DNA of 63,272 nucleotides, the filler included, from Lenisia limosa (taxonomy: Eukaryota > Protista > Breviatea): assembly GCA_001655205.1 (NCBI GenBank). It is 15 parts of 15 records of this genome, joined end to end, with 100 filler letters (N's around TTAATTAATTAA, not from the genome) between each part and the next. Parts side by side here need not be neighbours in the genome. Positions count along the whole stretch, not along the records: positions 14,428 to 16,920 come from LPNZ01000219.1; positions 17,021 to 20,801 come from LPNZ01006992.1; positions 20,902 to 24,060 come from LPNZ01003306.1; positions 24,161 to 28,455 come from LPNZ01010739.1; 11 more parts are not named here. The stretch is one strand, 5' to 3'. Position 1 is the stretch's first letter; every line of letters starts with the position of its first letter. The translations under genes and the position numbers were made by a program. The notes under the pieces were generated by a model, which was not told where the DNA came from, searched no databases, and saw only the letters and a program-made list of their open reading frames with translations. This document shows positions 14,328 to 26,990 of this stretch, piece after piece.

Positions 14328-14614
14328 NNNNNNNNNNNNNNNNNNNNNNNNNNNNNNNNNNNNNNNNNNNNTTAATTAATTAANNNNNNNNNNNNNNNNN
14401 NNNNNNNNNNNNNNNNNNNNNNNNNNNGCGTTGTTAACCTTTTTTAGAAGAGAGGGAATATCCCCTGCTCTTGCACCCAATCTTGGGCTTTCTATCTTCA
14501 ATAATCTGCCTTCTATTCAAAAGTAGTAGGATTATTAGGCTCCGTACAATTAATTTGAATTATTATGGTGATTTGATATTGATGAAGTGAATATTGCAAC
14601 TCATGCGCTAATAA

Positions 14615-14705
14615 TAGGATTCACTCCGGAACTAAAGAGTTGGTAAAATATCGATAGTTTTGAAGGATTTATCGAGAAATTCAGTCTTTTTTCGGACCAG
14701 CACTA
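14615..14705. mobile_element. MITE family A, degenerate copy; further partial copies near 23045, 26745-26818, 45875, 56804-56884, 57677-57760 and 60425-60493
   Basis: Shared core AATATCGATA...GATTTATCGAGAAATTCAGTCTTTTT. Confidence 0.7.
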
Positions 14706-17129
14706 CGTTCATAATCTTCACCATAATCAATTTTCCAACTTGTTTGTTTTATTTTCAGTATCGTTTTGCATATAATATACTCTTAGTAAATAATATTAAT
14801 ATCGTATCATATAGAAGAAATCACTGTGTATTTTGTTATTAACCATTGATTGCATTGTGTGTAGTAAATGTTCTTGCGTTAAAACACCAATGTGTTTCAT
14901 GGTTTTAGGGCGGGTACGAGGGAGTATAAAAAGTACACAAACCTCGTTTTTGATGATGAAGTTTGTTTGGTTTTTGCAGTCAGGCTAGATTCGCTTTTCT
15001 ACAATGAAGATCAATAAAATAGCCATTATTTTGGTCACTAATTGATATTAAACTGTTATCGACAGTAAGTAATTAATCTGAAAATATACATAATTCTTGG
15101 TAAAATGCTGTGTTTAACTGTCGTTTCCAAGGTCTGCAATACTACACATCAATATCTCTTGAGGATTGATGTTCAATTGTCTTTTTTTGGGTCGAAAACG
15201 CAAGTGTATCTCAAATAAAGTATCTTGCGAAGAAATAGAGCAACAAGAAACTACCCTGGAGCTCACATTTCAGGTTATTCGTTCTGGTCCGCTCTACGAG
15301 TCAATCCACTCAATTGTCCAGCGGGTAGTTAAAGACAATAATCTGAGCAAGCTTATGCCCAATTCAGAGTATGGTGTTGTATTTCGTCTCAATAAGATGT
15401 TTACTATATCTATATCAACATATATTTATTGGGTTCATATTTCTCATTGAATACATATAGCTATTGTATGTATTTAGGCTACATTCCAAGCCTTTGTTAT
15501 TTTTTAATTTTTGGCTTCGATTTACTGTGATATGGTGGTACGTCATTAAGAGGTGTATGTTGAGTATTACCTATTTTGAATGAAGCGCACTTTTTTAAGT
15601 TAAATTTATTTCTTTTTAGGAACATCACTATCGTTAATCGAGACAGTTTGGAAATGAGGGTGTTTCCTGCGGGAGAGGTGTTTGTTTCAAGTGGTGAGCC
15701 TGGATGAGTGTGTTTTGTGAGCTTTGCTTGTTTTTCCAAAAATAGGATTTACAATAATATCCTGATAAATATAGAATTACTTATGTATGAATATCCATGT
15801 TGGCAGCATTAATCGAGGAATTTTGTCGTTAAGTCGTCAAACATCCACGACCCCCCTCCCTCCTTCCCCCAACAATTCCTTTCATCACCCAATCTTCAAT
15901 ACCCCCATCCTGTCATCTTTTGAATCATTTTTATTATTAGCCACAGCCATGCTCCTTTTTCCATCTCTGTCGTCAACATATTGGCAATACCATCATTCAT
16001 ACCCTTTGACGTACCCAAGGAATCCTGAAACAGTTTGGCTCTGAGGAGGACTTGGCCTTTCTGATGTGCCGTCAAGCCGCACAATCCACTTCTCTTCATC
16101 ATAGTTAGGAGGGGGATTTGGAAGTATGTATGATATGTTTTTAATGGGTGATTCCATTCCATTATAGGCTGGTCTGAGTGGGTCTGTTTTAATTTATGGG
16201 GGGAGGCGTTTTACCATCCATCTCTTTTGAACCGAAAAACAAGTTCTAATTAGTTCACTTCAGTTCTGGCAAAACGAAACCGATTTGCAGGCAACCTTCT
16301 TGGGATGTTCACGGCCTTTATGATGATATCTGGTAGGTAATTGGTTGATCAGATCTATTAAACTTCACTTTCTGAACTTATAAAATAATTCATGAATCCT
16401 TGAGACAGCTATATCTACTAATTGATACTGTATCTTTTTTCAAAACTAAAAGTATAGCTCTAATTACAGCTGTATCAATCCAAATCTCCATTCTCAATTA
16501 AATATTATATTATATCTTACTATTGCTGATGTGAATGTGAATAATAAATAAGTGGTTTATTGTTATAAGTTTTCAAATAATAACTCTTTCTTTGTTGAAT
16601 GATTATTTTCCCTCAATTATTGATGGTCTTGTTGAGGATTCGGTTGAAGATCCTGTTGTTGATAATGGGAGCAGATCTCTTGTTGAGTTGTTCCTATTGT
16701 TGTTGATTCACTTACGCAGGGGAGGGGGGAGTGACGAGTGGGCTTACGTTATGTCACACACGGCATATCAGTCGTGATTTTCACCCAGATAGTCGTTTTT
16801 CTAAACCTCTTACCCTTTTGTCCACGCTATGTGCAATAGTGAAATACATACACTCAAGAGTTTTAAACATGACATTGTCAACAATAAAAAAAAAAAGTAA
16901 AAAGAGGAAGTTTTGGGGGTNNNNNNNNNNNNNNNNNNNNNNNNNNNNNNNNNNNNNNNNNNNNTTAATTAATTAANNNNNNNNNNNNNNNNNNNNNNNN
17001 NNNNNNNNNNNNNNNNNNNNGGGGCGGGGGGACGTTTGAGTAGTAATGAGGGAGAATGATATCATGGGGAGAATGGAAGATGTAATGTATCAAGCATCTG
17101 AGACGATGGTTTGAAACAAAAACGAACAA

Positions 17130-20100
17130 ATGAAAAAGAGAAACAGAAAGCAGGGATCCAGAACCAGGAGCCAACTTTGTTGAGGCCATCATAACGTTCC
17201 AGCAGGCCTTATTGACGTCCTCCTCTTGACCAAGATCTAGACAATATCAATTTGGCATGTTTCCCTTGAATATGTACTTTGAAAAAAGTGTTGCAACATC
17301 ACCATAATAAACCTACATGACCATATGAAACCATTTTTAAGAAGATAATGGTAAGCAGATAGGGCTGATGTTTCAATACTCCGAATGACCTGACTCAGAG
17401 CCATCCCCCAACCTTGAATGGCCTGACTCAGAGCCGGGGGGAGGCTCAACAGTCCGGCAGCAGACTCGTCATTGAACGTCTTCCACGTCACCGCAGCGTT
17501 TTCGGCTGCGGATAGGGCCATCTGGGGGGAGGGGTGAATGATGATATGGCGTCATTACGAATTCCAATGACTCAGTGCTTCATTCAAGATCACCCCCCCT
17601 CCCCCACGGTGAGGGCCTTAGCGGCTTGGAAAACCCCAGGGTGCGCCAAAAGCCTGAGGCATCTGATGAACGAATTTGAAGGCGTGTCACTACCTACTGG
17701 TGTAAGTTATAGGCAATAGACGAGACGACAAAAACATATCATATTATCTTTCCAGCCCCCTCCCCACAATCATGAGGGATAATACCCATATCAGCGGCCA
17801 GGACCTGTAGCCAAGGTGAGCCGCTTTGCTTGATCGTTTCGGTGACCAGACATGCCAAATCGGGAACAACTACTGCGGCGGCGAGGAGTCTGGAGGCCAC
17901 CTCCGTCCACACCGGGTGTGTTTTCAACGTTTCAGTGCAGAGGAATAATGCGGCTCGGCGGAGCGGGGTGGAGGCTCTCTTCCACGATATAATGCTGGGG
18001 GATGTGAAAGGCCTTGATAGAAGCGACAAACACCCTGCGGTTATAAGTGCTATTGTGAATATGGGTGACTTGGATAAAAGAATTATGAAGACAAACTATT
18101 TACTCGAGGCAAAAGCCCTCAATAGACATATTCCCACAAGCGTTCGAGTATCCCTTAATAGGCATATTCCCACAAGCGTGAGGAGCACCCCACCTGAGAA
18201 GCAACAAGGCAATGGACTCCGCCTCCATAGTATAGCCACTGAGACGCTGTAGGGCCTGGGGTGGTGAATAGACACATTGGGGCTTATCTTATCTCAAAAA
18301 AGAAACAGACATATTGACAAAATGTTCACAGAGTATCCAGTTTTCTCCAAATATTATCGGTGATACCTGACACCCACCCTCTCCTAAGATTCCACTACAC
18401 CTACCCCACTTACAATTTACCAGGCATATATACATGTATATTACCAGTAACCCCCCCCCCCACATGCTGTGCAGTCATGAGTGTTCTCGAAGCGGGGCTG
18501 GTGGCGGACAGCGAGCTTGAGTCTGACTGAGCCCAATTGGGCGGCAGAGGGTCTACAAGGGGCTCTTTGAACGCAATTGAGCAGTCGCCTACACGGAAGT
18601 TAGCTATATCAGAACAATCTCCCAAGGGAGTTTAAGCACGGATGTCAAGGGAACTAGTTATCCGATGTTAATTCCCTCATGCGAGTGAATGCATACTTTT
18701 AGAGAATCGAACGGGACAATAATACTAAAGCTAAAGTGCGACAAAATATGAACCGAAACCCCCTCTGACTGATGGCAAAGAAGGAGTGGCACAGCTGAAC
18801 CCAAGGGATGGATGAATCACCATACTTGTTTTGTTCTAAAGCATAAATTTGAGAGCTGGGGTTTTGTGTTATTTTATGCTATTTTCGGTGGAAGATACAA
18901 AACGGATGATGAGAGAGAAAAAAGATAATGGACATTGGGCACAAATAACAGCACCTATCACCTGCCCCCTCTCACCAGCCAAATGAAGGCCCCATACAGC
19001 TGCCTGTGCTGTACATGGGTGTAAGGCATCAGGAGAACACGAGGTCTCCGCACTGAGAACTGCTGAGGCCTGGGGGGGGGGGGGTAAACGAAGGAAATGA
19101 AGAATATTGGTGAAAAGGAACCGAATAATCTGAAACTCCAAACAAAAACAAAAAAAAAAAAGCAATAACAAACAGTAAACGCTAACATTGTTGAGATTTA
19201 GATATCGATATTGCATATCATAATAAATAATTATATACATATTTGGACCAAATATCGCCTTCAATGCAGCCAACCATATCAGCAGCCAGCATAACGGAGC
19301 TATTACGAACTTGTGGCACCTCCACCGCCCAGTCCGCAACCTCGGAGGCCAGTGCGAGACACATGGGACCGCACTAAGTCGTCGGTAATGGCAAAACAGA
19401 GGAGCTTTGATTTTGTCGGTAATGGCAAGGCAGAATAGTTTTGATTTAGGGTGTTTATAAATATCTTGTAAAACAATACCGAACAAATGCCATACCTGGT
19501 TTCTCAATGTCACTATTTTGGCCGCCTGTTGTTGGAGAGGACTGTGGGGGGTGGTGGGCGCCAATCTAAGGATGATTATTGTTATTCTCACAATAGGACG
19601 AATAGCCCACTTGAACACCCCCCCCCCCACTTGATGGAGAGCTGTTTCCTCCCTCCTGCAGCTGCTGCCATGCTAGCTAAGGCCAAAATCTCGTTCACAC
19701 ACTCCATGTTGGATGCTAAAAGATCATGAGGATTGAGTGGCGTGTATGGGCTTTCAGGTAGGGTACACGGGAGAGTAATTTCCGGAAAGAAAACGCAAGC
19801 GTGATTGTGACCAACCTCTCTCAACAGGTGAAAATCTGTAGGAGGCAACTTGAGTGACCTTGGCCGAGAGCGTTAATGACGCCTTTAAGAGTAAAATGCA
19901 ATGACGTTGAATTGTTTTTGGTTACAAAATAACACCCTTGAAAGAGTATCCCCACTCACAAGAGAATTGACATTTGGTGTTTTGTACCAGGGCTTGAAGG
20001 ATATAAACTCCGCTGATGGACAAGAAAGTGCCACATCATCCAAGGCAAAAGGCCGGGGTGCTCGGAAGATGGAACCGGGTACAAGGTAGCTGGGGTGACT

Positions 20101-20801
20101 TGGAGCAAGGTGTCGGGCTGGCAGAAGGCCGGCTCCCGGAAGGAAGGTTTGTTTCACGTGACTTGAGGCAGATGATATGGCAACCTAGGGTTGCAATAAA
20201 TCCAATAGTGTCGTACACCATTATTTAAAGAATTGCAGTTGATAAAACACTGTATATATTCCCTCCCTTTTAACTTTCACACTGCAGATCCCTTCCACAA
20301 GCCCATTATATAGGTTCAAATGCAGAGACATAATCCCTTTTATCCAGTCTAAGATTGGATGCGTAACCCAAACAGCTAGGGGCCAACCTGGGCGTTTCTG
20401 ATAACCCTGAGGGCCTGGGTGATGGGGACTAGCGATTCGGTTGTTGACGAAGCATGAGCGGGGAGGAAGCCACAGAGGGAAGTGGAAAGACTTGTGAGGC
20501 GNNNNNNNNNNNNNNNNNNNNNNNNNNNNNNNNNNNNNNNNNNNNNNNNNNNNNNNNNNNNNNNNNNNNNNNNNNNNNNNNNNNNNNNNNNNNNNNNNNN
20601 NNNNNNNNNNNNNNNNNNNNNNNNNNNNNNNNNNNNNNNNNNNNNNNNNNNNNNNNNTTATCCCAAGGTATCAGTACCATCCAAGCATTTCAACCTCCAT
20701 CAAGGGTACGTTACACCAAAAACCACCTTAGAGCCTAGTATTTTGCCCAGCCACCAACCATTAGAGGCTAGTATTTTGCCTGTTGTGTCAAGCGCAGCAT
20801 C
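17130..20801 (-). CDS. Unknown helical-looking multi-exon gene, partial
   Basis: Exons such as MALSAAENAAVTWKTFNDESAAGLLSLPPALSQAIQ (after CCCCCCAG at 17522), ASTPLRRAALFLCTETLKTHPVWTEVASRLL, ALQRLSGYTMEAESIALLLL and ASAVLSAETSCSPDALHPCTAQAAVWGLHL are bounded by splice sites. No family recognised. Confidence 0.45.
19070..19175 (-). repeat. Intron 3'-end module D1; copies at 7377(+), 8277(+), 28790(+), 32255(+) and 32945(+)
   Basis: Consensus TTTGTTATTGCTTGTTTT..GTTTGGAGTTTCAGATTAT..GGTT..CCAATATTCTTCAT..TTCGTTT(T)AC(T)CCCCCC..AG. Confidence 0.8.
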
Positions 20802-21445
20802 NNNNNNNNNNNNNNNNNNNNNNNNNNNNNNNNNNNNNNNNNNNNTTAATTAATTAANNNNNNNNNNNNNNNNNNNNNNNNNNNNNNNNNNNNNNNNNNN
20901 NTTCCAAAAAAAAAACAATAAATATTGAAATATTTTGGAGTCTTTTCTTGAACCGGAGTGATGCACTCGCTAATCAACATTTGGAATGATTAAGCTTCTT
21001 TATGATTTGCTGCATTGGCACGACCAAATGTTCTGATAAAATTTGGATAATTGCATTTCACTCCACATTTCACGCCACAGCTATGCGAAAAAGCTTGGTT
21101 ATAAGGGCTTCAAGGATACCGGAGACAACCTTGCAGGTGGGGGGTATGATGGTAACTGTGTTTCTTTGTGTTCAATTCATCCACCGCATCTTTATGACAC
21201 CAGTTTCATGAGAGACTTTACTGCAAAAGTAACGTCGAAGATGATTATTGAGTCATTTGCACATAATTTGAGATTGCTGTTTTTAGAAATGTTTAGCCCT
21301 CTGCCACTATTTTTTTTTGGAACTGTTCAACCGAAAATTGTTCTAAGTATAATATATTATGCCATAAGTATATCATATATCATATGATATGCATATAAAC
21401 TGTATAGATACAGTATATATGATATATTATTTACCTTTTTCAGAG

Positions 21446-24060
21446 CTGTTTGGTGACTTTGGTGCACCTCCTCCTGAGAAGAAAAAGAAGAAACACAACA
21501 TCGAACTTCCCATGCCTGAGTAACTGGGGATGTTTTGAATGTGTTAAAAGGGTGTATCAGTCACATGTCGAATTTTCTTTGCAATTGAATGAACTGTACA
21601 TTTCATATTTGTCTTTCATACCTTATATGGAAGGCAGTTTTGTGGAACTTACCATATCAGGAAGGCCCCTGTCGTGGAACAAACAATGGCAAATCCAGAT
21701 GGAGAAGCCCCTATGAGGTTTTGCGGGGATGTTTTTAAAGCATTGCTATTATTTTTTTTGACTTGGTCCACAAATATCTTTCTCACCCATCAGTGCGGAC
21801 ATCTTTCTCACCCATCAGTGCGGACATCTTTCTCACCTATCAGTGCGGACATCGAGAGTGCCTTCACAGACCTCACGGACGTGCTATTTGACATGGGCGA
21901 TTCCGAGGAAGATGAGGAGGAGGACGGTGTTGAAGACGACGTTGAAATGGATGAGGAGAGCCCCGATGTGTATCCGGTTTGTTGCTGCTTCACAGGCATA
22001 TTCACAGAGTTCCGGGTTGTGTTGGATGTCGGATCAGATTTCTAAGGTCAATTATCGATATGTATGATACAAAAACAAAGAAAGTCTGAAGTTTTCGATG
22101 AATAAATGGATGAAAGTGATTCTATTTCAGAACATCGCAATTGCCTCTGAAGATGACGAGGACATTGACAGTGATATGGCTTTTGGAGAATCCCCGGGTC
22201 CTTCTGACAAGACCAAAGTGGGTCCCGGGGGTATACTGCTTTTTGTACCTATTTCATCGCCAATATTTCAACGNNNNNNNNNNNNNNNNNNNNNNNNNNN
22301 NNNNNNNNNNNNNNNNNNNNNNNNNNNNNNNNNGAGTAAATTTTTGAAGAAATTCGTGATATATCAAAGACAGTTCGGTTCCTTTTTTGTCACCCTATTT
22401 CAGAGCACCACAATTGCCTCTGAAGATGACGAGGACATTGACAGTGACATGGCTTTTGGAGAATCTCCAGGTCCTTCTGACAAGACCAAAGTGGGTCCCG
22501 GGGATACTGGTGCTAATAAATGGAATAATTTTGCTGTATATTTTTGCTATTGAAGGGTTTTTCGAAATCAAAAAGTTATTATTATTCACTTGAACCCAAT
22601 AGCAGGCAGTTTCGACCGAGGACTCTGAGAGCGAAGGTGACTCAGGTGGATGGGGGGCTGTCGCTGGTACAATCACACCACGTGATCGCAATCGGCGCTT
22701 GGGATTCTCATGAAAACGTGGGATTCTCACTCTTTACATGGGAATCTTATGGGTTGGGGTGATGTACTCGTTAGAATAGATTACAATTCAATTCAAGTGA
22801 TTGTATCTTGGGCTTCACTTACCCCCCCCCCCCNNNNNNNNNNNNNNNNNNNNNNNNNNNNNNNNNNNNNNNNNNNNNNNNNNNNNNNNNNNNNNNNNNN
22901 NNNNNNNNNNNNNNNNNNNNNNNNNNNNNNNNNGGAGATGGAAGAGGAGGAAGAAGAACCGATCATAACTGCCGAGGCCCCCGCAGTCACTACCACAGGT
23001 TTGATCAAACACCGGGTTCCTCTTAAATACCAATAATATGGGTGTTTTCCGTCTTTTGAACCGAAAGTGAAGAGTTACTCAGGTGCGACAGGAGTCTCCA
23101 TTATTAATTCAATAGCGAAGAATGTGTCTTTCTCACAGTTTTTCAACTGTCAGCCCACTCCTTCTTTGAATCAGACAAAATGACCGATTTCAGAGGTCAT
23201 TAAGGGCAAATACATCCCTCCAGCCCTTCGAAAGAAGATGGAAAGTGAGGACCCCCTCTTGCCTCTGAAGCGAAACGTGGGGGGGGGGGGGNNNNNNNNN
23301 NNNNNNNNNNNNNNNNNNNNNNNNNNNNNNNNNNNNNNNNNNNNNNNNNNNNNNNNNNNNNNNNNNNNNNNNNNNNNNNNNNNNNNNNNNNNNNNNNNNN
23401 NNNNNNNNNNNNNNNNNNNNNNNNNNNNNNNNNNNNNNNNNNNNNNNNNNNNNNNNNNNNNNNNNNNNNNNNNNNNNNNNNNNNNNNNNNNNNNNNNNNN
23501 NNNNNNNNNNNNNNNNNCCGTTTTTTATTTCCCACCCCTCCAGGTTAAGGGACTGCTTAATCGCCTGGCTGAAATGAACATGGTTGAAATTCATAAGAAG
23601 CTGGAGGAGATCTATCACACCGGCCCGAGAGGAGGTATGTGTGGGCTACTTATATCCAATATGTTTGGGTATCATCATCGCACGAAAGAGTAAATTTTAC
23701 TCTTAGCTTCCTCCACTTTGCCTACACCAGTCTTGTTGCTTCCCCCACTTTGCCTACACCAGCCTTGTTGCTTCTTCTCGTCTTATCGAAAATAATCCTT
23801 GTGCATCCTTCTTCTTGACCTTGTGTACTTGTTTGCTTCTGGTGCCATTTTTGTTTGTATACACTCCGGAGCTTGATCCATCAACCTCAAACCCTTAAAT
23901 TGTCTAAACAGCATTTGAAGCCCATTTGGCCACTTCAAAAAAGGCGCAGCAAATTGTACATATATTACTCACCCCCGCGCAGCAGTTACAGCCGCCATTG
24001 TGGACTTCATTGTTGGCCAGTGTGTGGATTTGGACAAAGCACTTTCGCAGTTTGTGGCCG
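21446..24060 (+). CDS. NOM1: Nucleolar MIF4G-domain protein NOM1/Sgd1, 5' part
   Basis: Acidic N-terminal exons are followed by in-phase exons 23194-23276 (VIKGKYIPPALRKKMESEDPLLPLKRN), 23544-23634 (VKGLLNRLAEMNMVEIHKKLEEIY) and 23983-24060. KYIPPxLR followed by VKGLLNRL is the NOM1/Sgd1 signature. Confidence 0.85.
21776..21853 (+). repeat. Tandem repeat, 25 bp x 3
   Basis: Unit ATCTTTCTCACCCATCAGTGCGGAC. Confidence 0.95.
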
Positions 24061-24169
24061 NNNNNNNNNNNNNNNNNNNNNNNNNNNNNNNNNNNNNNNN
24101 NNNNTTAATTAATTAANNNNNNNNNNNNNNNNNNNNNNNNNNNNNNNNNNNNNNNNNNNNCCCCCCCAG

Positions 24170-26990
24170 GTTGCTGCTCATCTCATCCGTTTGGCTCCTG
24201 TCATTTCTATCTTCCTCAGACCGAAAGGCAGTAACGCATCAGATCACATCATCCACCTTATCAACTCAATCGAGGTTTGTGCTATGGCTAAGGCTTCTCG
24301 ATAAATGTGATACAATGCATCTTCTTGAAACTAGGTTCATAAAGATCCTCTATATCACATTCCACCTTATCAACTCAATTGAGGTTAGTGCTATGGCTAA
24401 GGCTTCACTTCGTTATCAGCCAACAGAGTTGATTTTGGGCTATTTTTTTTGTGTTTCAGAAATTTCCCAATTTGACTCCCCCCCCCCCCCNNNNNNNNNN
24501 NNNNNNNNNNNNNNNNNNNNNNNNNNNNNNNNNNNNNNNNNNNNNNNNNNNNNNNNNNNNNNNNNNNNNNNNNNNNNNNNNNNNNNNNNNNNNNNNNNNN
24601 NNNNNNNNTTAGGCCGAATTATCTTAGACCTTGCAAAATCCGCTATCAAGAACCACCCACATGCTGTTGAGGGGGGAATAGAATACTTTTAAGGTTTCAA
24701 TGAATCAACCTGTAAATGAATCAACCTGTAAATGAATCAGCCTGTAAATGAATCAACCTGTATAAAACAATACAAAATAAAAGGCGGGGGGGCTTCTGCG
24801 TGATACAGTGGCCAGGATAAGTCTTGACCTATTTTCCTTTGGAAATCACATAGCAAAATGGTCAAGACTTATCCCGGTCACTGTATATGGTATTATAGCA
24901 GTATATGCACCCACCTCTGTCTACATCCGACTGAAGTGCTGGAAGCTTTCCCCTCATCCTCATTGTAGATAGTGAGGTTTATTATCGGATTTCAAAGCTG
25001 TTTCGAATTATATTGGACTGAGATGATGTTTTGCTGATATCATCCCACATATACCTTTGTACCAGATCTTGACGCCAATACTATTAATCGTAATTTTCTT
25101 ATTTTTTGCTCTCTCTCTCTCCCAGAGTGATCATTTTTAATACCTCTTCTTAACTCTCTCCTGCAGAATGACAGATTCTGGGCCAGGCCGGCTGCAGAGG
25201 AGAAGGCAGTCAGACAATACGGCAATTTCACGCGAAGTGCCCAGGCTTTATTGGTGGGAGTGGGGGTATAGTGATGATGTTGATAATGTTGATGATGGTG
25301 ATAATGATGATGACGATGATGATGACGATGATAATGATGGTGATGATGACGGTGATGATAATAATAATATTATTAATGATTATATTATTTATAATAAAAA
25401 TGATGATAATGATGATGATGCTATCCCGTTTCAAATAATTCAGAACATATTATTTTTCAATCAATTTTTTTGACATTCTAGGATGAATCCTTCAAGTGGG
25501 CCTTGCTCTCAGCTGTGTACACTCTTGACGCTAACTCAGATTCCCGTGGGAGTGGGGGTGTAATTATACTTTTGTAATTATGCACAGTGACCGGATAAGT
25601 CTTGACCTGTTTTCTTTGGGGAATCATTGAGCAAATCGGTCAAGACTTATCCTGGTCCCTGTATGTGTATATCGGGTGGGGTATATAATGCATAGCATAT
25701 GTAGGGGTTCCCTCCTGTCAGAAAAAGGACCGTTAAAACAACGACTCTGTTCCAGGATTAGTTGAGAGATTCAGTCTTTTTTTTGGGACCGTAGGGAAGC
25801 CCTCTGCATATTATATGTAATATAAATAAGGCATTCTAAGTGTACTCGGCAGAGATCAGAAACTTCTTTTATGGGAATCCGCCCCCACTCATCCATTTTC
25901 TTTCCATTTTTAGCCAAAATTGTTGATTTGGGCTTTTTGTTTTTGTTTCATAAATTTTCCCCAATGAGATGCGGTGCAGAANNNNNNNNNNNNNNNNNNN
26001 NNNNNNNNNNNNNNNNNNNNNNNNNNNNNNNNNNNNNNNNNNNNNNNNNNNNNNNNNNNNNNNNNNNNNNNNNNNNNNNNNNNNNNNNNNNNNNNNNNNN
26101 NNNNNNNNNNNNNNNNNNNNNNNNNNNNNNNNNNNNNNNNNNNNNNNNNNNNNNNNNNNNNNNNNNNNNNNNNNNNNNNNNNNNNNNNNNNNNNNNNNNN
26201 NNAAATACTCATTCTGCAAAAACGCCCATTATTTTGATTTACCACTTTTTTTACAAATGTAGCTCTTATTGTTATAATACTGGTACATATGTACATTATG
26301 GTATTATTTTGATTATTACCTCGCTTCTTACATAGGAATGTTGCCCTCACTGTTATAGACCCAACATTTCCCGTGGTCGCAGTCTTTCCTGCCGTCAATC
26401 TTCAATGCTGCTTCCCAGGCGTCTAAACGGTACTGCTATTAGTATTAGTATTAGTATTACTTACTGGGTGAATTAATATTATCTATAATATCTCTTATGA
26501 GAGTGATGGTGTGGACAGCTTCTGCCAGATACANNNNNNNNNNNNNNNNNNNNNNNNNNNNNNNNNNNNNNNNNNNNNNNNNNNNNNNNNNNNNNNNNNN
26601 NNNNNNNNNNNNNNNNNNNNNNNNNATTGCTCTCATTAACTGCTTCTATTCTCACTGATTTTCATTTGTGGTTGTTGCTGTTTTTTTTATTTTTATTTTT
26701 TCATAGACATCCCAGTGTCACTTTCTTCATCTAATACTTTTTATACCGGTAAAATATCGATATTTATCGAGGATTTATCGAGAAATTCAGTCTTTTTTGG
26801 GACCATAGGGAAGTCCTAGTTATACCGTTTGCGTATAATAGGAGGATTCTTTATTTTTTTTATTTCGCATTGCTCTATTTCTCAATTTGGTTTTCTAATT
26901 AATAATATGGTTTTTTTTTCTTTTCAAATCTTTCCCTTTTACCCCTCAGAATGGAACCCATGGACATCATGCAGCAATCCAACTTCTTTG
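24170..26990 (+). CDS. Unknown multi-exon gene(s), partial
   Basis: Splice-bounded open exons VAAHLIRLAPVISIFLRPKGSNASDHIIHLINSIE, GRIILDLAKSAIKNHPHAVEGG, NDRFWARPAAEEKAVRQYGNFTRSAQALL and DESFKWALLSAVYTLDANSDS. Confidence 0.4.
24699..24762. repeat. Tandem repeat, 16 bp x 4
   Basis: Unit AATGAATCAACCTGTA. Confidence 0.9.
24806..24883. mobile_element. Tc1/mariner-type MITE family B, full copy
   Basis: TA-CAGTGGCCAGGATAAGTCTTGACC...GGTCAAGACTTATCCCGGTCACTG-TA; opposite orientation to the 37460 copy. Confidence 0.9.
25272..25420. repeat. (GAT/AAT)n trinucleotide-type microsatellite, intronic
   Basis: GATGATGAC/GATAAT runs between a donor at about 25255 and an acceptor at about 25481. Confidence 0.85.
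25585..25661. mobile_element. MITE family B
   Basis: Same TIR (CAGTGACCGGATAAGTCTTGACC...GGTCAAGACTTATCCTGGTCCCTG). Confidence 0.85.
25702..25804. mobile_element. hAT-type MITE family A, diverged
   Basis: TAGGGGTTCCC...GGGAAGCCCTC; flanks AGCATATG / TGCATATT (6/8 match). Confidence 0.65.

Noticed and set aside
23194-23634. eIF4G assignment for the MIF4G exon
   Set aside because: The acidic N-terminus and KYIPPALR...VKGLLNRL pattern fit NOM1/Sgd1 better.
25168-25473. Acidic poly-Asp ORF and antisense poly-Ile ORF
   Set aside because: They come from an intronic (GAT)n microsatellite after a donor at about 25255.
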